Positions 59,019-64,000 of a stretch of 64,000 nt of DNA are shown here, piece after piece. The stretch is from Phreatobacter sp. (GTDB lineage Bacteria; Pseudomonadota; Alphaproteobacteria; Rhizobiales; Phreatobacteraceae): NCBI RefSeq assembly GCF_027532945.1, contig NZ_JAPZTZ010000030.1, positions 9,199 through 73,198 on the forward strand, given 5' to 3'. A model generated the notes under the pieces. It made no database searches. It had not been told where the DNA came from and saw only the letters and a program-made list of their open reading frames with translations. The translations under genes and the position numbers were made by a program. Position 1 is the first letter of the stretch; each line of letters opens with the position of its first letter.

Positions 59019-59855
59019 TTGGTAACAAGACACCGCGAGGCCCTGTTCGAGAGACGAAAGCCCTTGCGTCCCTTCGTCGAACTGACCGGCGTCAGCCACA
59101 CCTACGCCACCGGCGGCACCCTCGCCGTCGACGGCCTCGACATCCGGGTCAACGAGGGCGAGTTCGCCGCGGTGGTCGGGCCTTCGGGCTGCGGCAAGTC
59201 CACGCTGATGAAGCTCGCCACAGGCCTGCAGTTCCCGCAGTCCGGCGCCGTCGTTGTCGACGGCCAGGAGGTGCGCGCGCCCGTCAAGATCGCCGGCATG
59301 GCCTTCCAGGCGCCGACGCTGCTGCCCTGGCGCACCACGCTCGAGAATCTCATGCTGCCGCTTGAGATCGTCGAGCCGCACCGCTCGCGGCTGCGCCGCC
59401 ACAAGGCCGAATATGTCGCCAAGGCCGAGGCGCTGCTCGAATCCGTCGGCCTCAAGGGCGCCGGATCGAAGTTCCCCTGGCAGCTCTCCGGCGGCATGCA
59501 GCAGCGCTCCTCGCTCTGCCGCGCCCTCATCCACGAGCCGAAGCTGCTCATGCTGGACGAGCCCTTCGGCGCGCTCGATGCCTTCACCCGCGAGGAGCTG
59601 TGGTGCGTCATCCGCGACCTCCACGCCCGCATGGCCGGCACGCTGACGGTGATCCTCGTCACCCACGACCTGCGCGAGGCCGTCTTCCTCGCCGACCGCA
59701 TCTTCTGCATGTCGGCCCGCCCGGGGAAGATCATCGCCGAGAGGGAAGTGACCTTCCCCCGCCCCCGCGACCTCGAGATCACCTACACCTCGGAATTCTC
59801 CGACATCGTCCACGACCTGCGCGGCCGTATCGCCGAAGCCCGGACCGCCGCCTGA
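59019..59855 (+). CDS. ABC ATPase, NitT/TauT family (paralog 2)
   Basis: GPSGCGKST, KFPWQLSGGMQQR, DEPFGALDAFTRE; TTG start at 59019 or 59064. Confidence 0.9.
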   Translation: MVTRHREALFERRKPLRPFVELTGVSHTYATGGTLAVDGLDIRVNEGEFAAVVGPSGCGKSTLMKLATGLQFPQSGAVVVDGQEVRAPVKIAGMAFQAPTLLPWRTTLENLMLPLEIVEPHRSRLRRHKAEYVAKAEALLESVGLKGAGSKFPWQLSGGMQQRSSLCRALIHEPKLLMLDEPFGALDAFTREELWCVIRDLHARMAGTLTVILVTHDLREAVFLADRIFCMSARPGKIIAEREVTFPRPRDLEITYTSEFSDIVHDLRGRIAEARTAA

Positions 59856-59864
59856 GGATCGACC

Positions 59865-60746
59865 ATGGACGCGCTTGCCGACTTCCTGCTCCTCAACTGG
59901 CCGACAGCCCTCGTCATCGGCTGCGTCGCCTATGTGGCCATGCTGCTCTACAAGGTGATCGGCGCCTCGGCGCTTGACCGCACCAAGCTCGGGCTGCAGC
60001 TCGCCCCGCTGCTCTGCACGGTGGGTACGTTCCTCGCCTGGGAGCTGCTCTGCAAGGCGTTTGCGGTCTCCACCTTCGTGCTGCCGGCCCCCAGCGACAT
60101 TGCCGTCGCCATCTGGCAGTTCCGCCGGCAGATCGGCTTCCATTCCTTCCACACCGCCTGGATGACGCTGGCCGGCTTCGGCCTCGCCGTCGCGGTCGGC
60201 ATTGCCCTCGGCCTCGTCCTCGGCGCCAGCCGCTTCTTCTATGCCGGTTTCTATCCGCTCCTCGTGGGCTTCAACTCGATCCCGAAGGTCGCGGTGGTGC
60301 CGATCCTCGTCATCTGGTTCGGCGTCGGCTGGCTGCCGGCGGTGCTCACCGCCTTCATGATCTCGTTCTTCCCCATCGTGGTGAACGTCGCCACCGGCCT
60401 CGCCACCATCGAGCCGGAGACCGAGGACGTGCTGAAGGCGCTCGGCGCCTCCAAGCTGCAGATCATGACCAAGGTCGGCATTCCCCGGTCGCTGCCCTAT
60501 TTCTTCGGTTCGCTGAAGGTCGCCATCACGCTGGCCTATGTCGGCTCGGTCATCGCCGAGTACAACGCCTCGCGCTATGGCATCGGCAACCTCATGGCCC
60601 GCGCCTCCGCCGACTTCAACGTGCCGCTGCTCTTCGCCGCGCTGATCGCCCTCGCGATCCTCGGTGTCGCCATGTACATGGCCACCGTCTGGCTGGAGAA
60701 CCGCATGACCGGCTGGGCGCAGCGCTCCTCCTTCGCGGCCGGCTGA
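59865..60746 (+). CDS. ABC permease, NitT/TauT family (paralog 2)
   Basis: SIPKVAVVPILVIWFG, FPIVVNVATG, IPRSLPYFFGSLKVA. Confidence 0.9.
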   Translation: MDALADFLLLNWPTALVIGCVAYVAMLLYKVIGASALDRTKLGLQLAPLLCTVGTFLAWELLCKAFAVSTFVLPAPSDIAVAIWQFRRQIGFHSFHTAWMTLAGFGLAVAVGIALGLVLGASRFFYAGFYPLLVGFNSIPKVAVVPILVIWFGVGWLPAVLTAFMISFFPIVVNVATGLATIEPETEDVLKALGASKLQIMTKVGIPRSLPYFFGSLKVAITLAYVGSVIAEYNASRYGIGNLMARASADFNVPLLFAALIALAILGVAMYMATVWLENRMTGWAQRSSFAAG

Positions 60747-60756
60747 CGCGGCCGGC

Positions 60757-60785
60757 TTGCCCCGGAGGTCCGAAGCCCCCATAAA
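60757..60785 (+). promoter_or_regulatory. Putative sigma70 promoter of yggT-yggU
   Basis: TTGCCC-N17-CATAAA, 35 nt upstream of the ATG. Confidence 0.45.
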
Positions 60786-60820
60786 TCGGGTCCGGACTTC
60801 CCTCCCCCTATGGCGGATCC

Positions 60821-61111
60821 ATGAAAGCGGTCATCGACATCATCATCATCGCCCTCAACCTCTATTGGTGGGTGATCATCATCTCGGCGGTGCTCACCTG
60901 GCTCATCGCCTTCAACGTCGTGAACTACCGCAACCAGATCGTCGCGCAGATCGACACCACCCTGCGGGCGCTGACCGAGCCGGTCCTCGCGCCGATACGG
61001 CGGCGCATGCCCAATCTCGGCGCCGTCGACATCTCCCCGATCATCCTCCTGCTCGGCATCATCTTCATCCAGATGCTGCTCAGCTACTACGTCCGCCCCT
61101 ACGTCTTCTGA
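60821..61111 (+). CDS. yggT: YggT family membrane protein
   Basis: WLIAFNVVN, LTEPVLAPIRRRMP, VDISPIILLL. Confidence 0.9.
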   Translation: MKAVIDIIIIALNLYWWVIIISAVLTWLIAFNVVNYRNQIVAQIDTTLRALTEPVLAPIRRRMPNLGAVDISPIILLLGIIFIQMLLSYYVRPYVF

Positions 61112-61123
61112 GGACCTGAGGGG

Positions 61124-61750
61124 ATGGACAGCGCGCCCTACCGCATCGTCGACGGCCGTGTCCTCGTCGACGTGCGCCTGACCCCGCGCGGCGGCCGCGA
61201 CGCCGTGGAAGGCGCCGAGCGCCTTGCCGACGGCCGCGCCGTGCTGAAGGCGCGGGTGCGCGCGGTCCCCGAGGACGGCAAGGCCAATGCGGCGCTGGAA
61301 GCCCTGCTGGCCGGCACCCTCGGGCTCGCCCGCTCCGAGGTCGCGGTGGTGCAGGGCAAGACGGCCCGTCTGAAGACCGTCCGCCTCGGCGGCGACACCG
61401 CCACCATCACTGCCGGCCTCGGCAAGCTCGCCGCAACCCTGCTGCTGGCGGTTCTCCTCATCGGCGGCCTCGGTGCCGGCCCGGCCGCCGCGCAGTTCGC
61501 CATCCGCGGCGACCTCTGCTCCGACGCCAATGTCATCCTGCGCTCGCGCGCCGCAGTGGAGCGCGCCGGCCTGCAATCGCAGGACCGCGCCCGCCTCGTG
61601 CGCACGCTGCGTGCTGCCCAGTCGCTCGCCCGCGACGGCTGCCCCACCCGCGATCCCTGGCTGCTGCGCCGCGCCACCGGCATGGTCAATGCCGTGAACC
61701 GCGAGGTGCGCCTGCCGCCCATCGACCTGCCGGGCGCCGCGCGCCCCTGA
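61124..61750 (+). CDS. DUF167/YggU family protein with a C-terminal signal-like extension
   Basis: VRLTPRGGRD, LKARVRAVPEDGKAN, GKTARLK in aa 1-100, then about 108 extra aa in the same frame. Confidence 0.82.
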   Translation: MDSAPYRIVDGRVLVDVRLTPRGGRDAVEGAERLADGRAVLKARVRAVPEDGKANAALEALLAGTLGLARSEVAVVQGKTARLKTVRLGGDTATITAGLGKLAATLLLAVLLIGGLGAGPAAAQFAIRGDLCSDANVILRSRAAVERAGLQSQDRARLVRTLRAAQSLARDGCPTRDPWLLRRATGMVNAVNREVRLPPIDLPGAARP

Positions 61751-61834
61751 TGCAGGCCCGCCCCCCCGAGGGATCGGGTGGTTCTGCCGGCACCGTCGCG
61801 CTAGACCGGTCCGCCCCGACCGGAGCCGACCGTC

Positions 61835-62740
61835 TTGAGCCTGCGCGACTGGATCCTGCTGATCGTCCTCTCCATCCTCTGGGGCGGCACCTTCTTCTTC
61901 GTCCGCGTCGCGCTGGACGACATCCCGCCGCTCACCCTCGTCCTGTCGCGCGTCCTCATCGGCTCCGCCGTCCTGCTCGTGGTGATCCGCCTCTCCGGCG
62001 AGAGCCTGCCGCGCCGCGCCGACATCTGGTTCACGCTGGCGGTGATGGCGGTGCTCAACAATGTCATCCCCTTCACGCTGATCTTCTGGGGCCAGACCGC
62101 AATTCCGGCTGGCCTCGCCGCCATCCTCAACGCCACGACGCCGCTCTTCAGCGTCATCGTCATGCACCTTTTCACCTCTGACGAGCGGGCGAGCCCGAAC
62201 AAGGCGGCGGGCGTGGTGCTGGGCTTCCTGGGAGTGATCGTGCTGGTGGGGCCTGCGGCACTGGGCAGCCTCGACACGCCGCTCTGGGCCATCGCGGCCT
62301 GCCTTGCGGCGACGCTGTCCTACGCCTTTTCCGGCCTCTGGGGCCGGCGCATCAAGCCGCTCGGCCTCTCGCCCACCATCACCGCCTGGGCGCAGCTCAC
62401 CGTCACCACGCTGATCATGGCGCCGGCTGTCGCAGCCATCGACCGGCCCTGGACCCTCGCCATGCCCGGCTGGCCGGCGATCCTCTCCATGCTGGCGCTG
62501 GCGGTGCTGTGCACGGCGCTCGCCTACATCATCTTCTTCCGCCTTCTGGCAACCGCCGGGCCGAGCAACCTGCTGCTCGTCACCTTCCTCATCCCGGTCT
62601 CGACCATCCTGCTGACCAGCCTGTTCCTCGGCGAGCGCCTGGCGCCGACCCATTTCGCCGGCATGGCGCTGATCGGCCTCGGCCTCGCCGCGATCGACGG
62701 GCGGCTGTGGCGACGGATGGTGGGGACGAGGGCTGGCTAG
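61835..62740 (+). CDS. DMT/EamA family transporter
   Basis: TTG start with GGAG RBS; LWGGTF, LNATTPLF, AGPSNLLLVTFLIP; about 10 TM segments. Confidence 0.9.
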   Translation: MSLRDWILLIVLSILWGGTFFFVRVALDDIPPLTLVLSRVLIGSAVLLVVIRLSGESLPRRADIWFTLAVMAVLNNVIPFTLIFWGQTAIPAGLAAILNATTPLFSVIVMHLFTSDERASPNKAAGVVLGFLGVIVLVGPAALGSLDTPLWAIAACLAATLSYAFSGLWGRRIKPLGLSPTITAWAQLTVTTLIMAPAVAAIDRPWTLAMPGWPAILSMLALAVLCTALAYIIFFRLLATAGPSNLLLVTFLIPVSTILLTSLFLGERLAPTHFAGMALIGLGLAAIDGRLWRRMVGTRAG

Positions 62741-62750
62741 CCCCTCCCCG

Positions 62751-64000
62751 TCACCCCTCGCCCCCCGCCAGCAGGCTGGCATTGCCGCCGGCCGCCGCGG
62801 TGTTGACCGTCACCACCTGCTCCAGCGCGAAGCGCGGCAGGTAATGCGGGCCGCCGGCCTTGGGACCGGTGCCCGACAGGCCCGAGCCGCCGAAGGGCTG
62901 GGTGCCGACCACCGCGCCGATCATGTTGCGGTTGACATAGACATTGCCATTGGCGAGGCGCGCGACGACCTCCTCCACCACCTGGTCGATGCGGGAATGG
63001 AGGCCGAGGGTGAGGCCGGTGCCGTTGGCGGCGATGGCGTCGGTGAGCTTCGCGAGGCCACCCGCCTTCCAGGTCGTGACATGCAGCACGGGGCCGAAGA
63101 CCTCCTCGGTCAGCTCCTCCGGCGTCGCCACGCGGATCACCGCCGGCGGCACGAAGAGGCCCGGCGGCAGATCGGCGGGGAGCCTCGCCTGCCAGACGAG
63201 CCGGCCTTCCGCCTTGGCCCGCTCCACCACCGCCTCGAGCCGCGCCTTCGCCTCCGCATCGATCACCGGACCGACATGGGTCGCGGGGTCCATCGGATCG
63301 CCGATGCGCAGCTCGGCCGCGGCGCCGATGACCATCTCCAGCATCTTCTCCGCCACATCCTCCTGCAGGCAGAGGAGCCGGAGCGCCGAGCAGCGCTGGC
63401 CGGCCGAGCGGAAGGCCGACATCACCACGTCGTCGCTCACCTGCTCGGGCAGCGCGGTCGCATCGACGATCATGGCATTGATGCCGCCGGTCTCTGCGAT
63501 GAGCGGCACGATGGGCCCGCGCTTCGCCGCGAGCTGGCGGTTGATGATCCAGGCGACCTCGGTCGAGCCGGTGAAGGCGACGCCGGCAACGCGCGGCTCG
63601 CCGACCAGCAACGCGCCGACGCGCCCGTCGCCGGGAATGAGCGCGAGGGCGTCGGCGGGAATGCCGGCCTCATGGGCGAGCGCCACCGCCGCGGCCGCGA
63701 CGAGCGGCGTCTGCTCGGCGGGCTTGGCAATGACGGCATTGCCGGCGGCGAGCGCCGCCGCCACCTGGCCGAGGAAGATGGCGAGCGGGAAGTTCCACGG
63801 GCTGATGCAGACGATGGTGCCGCGGCCGCGCAGCCTGAGCCGGTTTTCCTCACCGGTGGGTCCGGGCATCACCACCCCCTCGCCAAAATGGCGACGGGCC
63901 TCCTGCGCATAGTAGCGGCAGAAATCGACGGCCTCCCGGACCTCGGCGACACCGTCGTCGAGCGTCTTGCCGGCCTCGCGGGCGAGCAGCGCACACACCA
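62751..64000 (-). CDS. putA: Proline utilization protein PutA, C-terminal P5C/glutamate-semialdehyde dehydrogenase part; 5' end outside the window
   Basis: EVREAVDFCRYY, ISPWNFPLAIF, FTGSTEVA, IAETGG, SAGQRCSALR, EVFGPVLH, TGPKAGGPHYL, NTAAAGGNASL. Confidence 0.93.
   Translation of the reverse strand, partial: VCALLAREAGKTLDDGVAEVREAVDFCRYYAQEARRHFGEGVVMPGPTGEENRLRLRGRGTIVCISPWNFPLAIFLGQVAAALAAGNAVIAKPAEQTPLVAAAAVALAHEAGIPADALALIPGDGRVGALLVGEPRVAGVAFTGSTEVAWIINRQLAAKRGPIVPLIAETGGINAMIVDATALPEQVSDDVVMSAFRSAGQRCSALRLLCLQEDVAEKMLEMVIGAAAELRIGDPMDPATHVGPVIDAEAKARLEAVVERAKAEGRLVWQARLPADLPPGLFVPPAVIRVATPEELTEEVFGPVLHVTTWKAGGLAKLTDAIAANGTGLTLGLHSRIDQVVEEVVARLANGNVYVNRNMIGAVVGTQPFGGSGLSGTGPKAGGPHYLPRFALEQVVTVNTAAAGGNASLLAGGEG

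Overview
64 kb of high-GC chromosomal DNA from an alphaproteobacterium, most likely Hyphomicrobiales (inferred from gene content, CtrA/LexA motif types and protein sequences). It holds about 59 densely packed genes. I found no rRNA, tRNA, CRISPR array, transposase, integrase or phage gene. Core genes: pbpC plus alpha-2-macroglobulin, rpmB, ppa, hpt, zitP-like/ftsEX, lolA-ftsK, glnK-amtB, tesB, a putrescine-type ABC transporter, hss, ccmCDG, an Omp25/RopB-type porin, uvrC, plsC, ggt, purH, yggT-yggU and the 3' part of putA. Most interesting signals: (i) a nitrogen-scavenging layer with three sigma54 promoters (glnK-amtB and two paralogous NMT1/THI5-type ABC transporters, one ending in a deaminase-type amidohydrolase), an orphan cyanuric acid hydrolase and a divergent CinA/PncC variant; (ii) an uncharacterised 125-aa gene with a perfect alphaproteobacterial LexA box over its -10 element, an apparently leaderless start and a degenerate GIY-YIG-like sequence; (iii) a cupin-Bug-acyl-CoA dehydrogenase-E1alpha-E1beta operon with no E2/E3, next to a tandem-domain hypothetical protein; (iv) a promoter-proximal terminator in the hss leader; (v) several CtrA boxes, some in front of unexpected genes; (vi) a YggU protein fused to a signal-peptide-like extension. 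All calls were made by eye without database searches. Start codons are refined from the ORF track using RBS and overlap logic.
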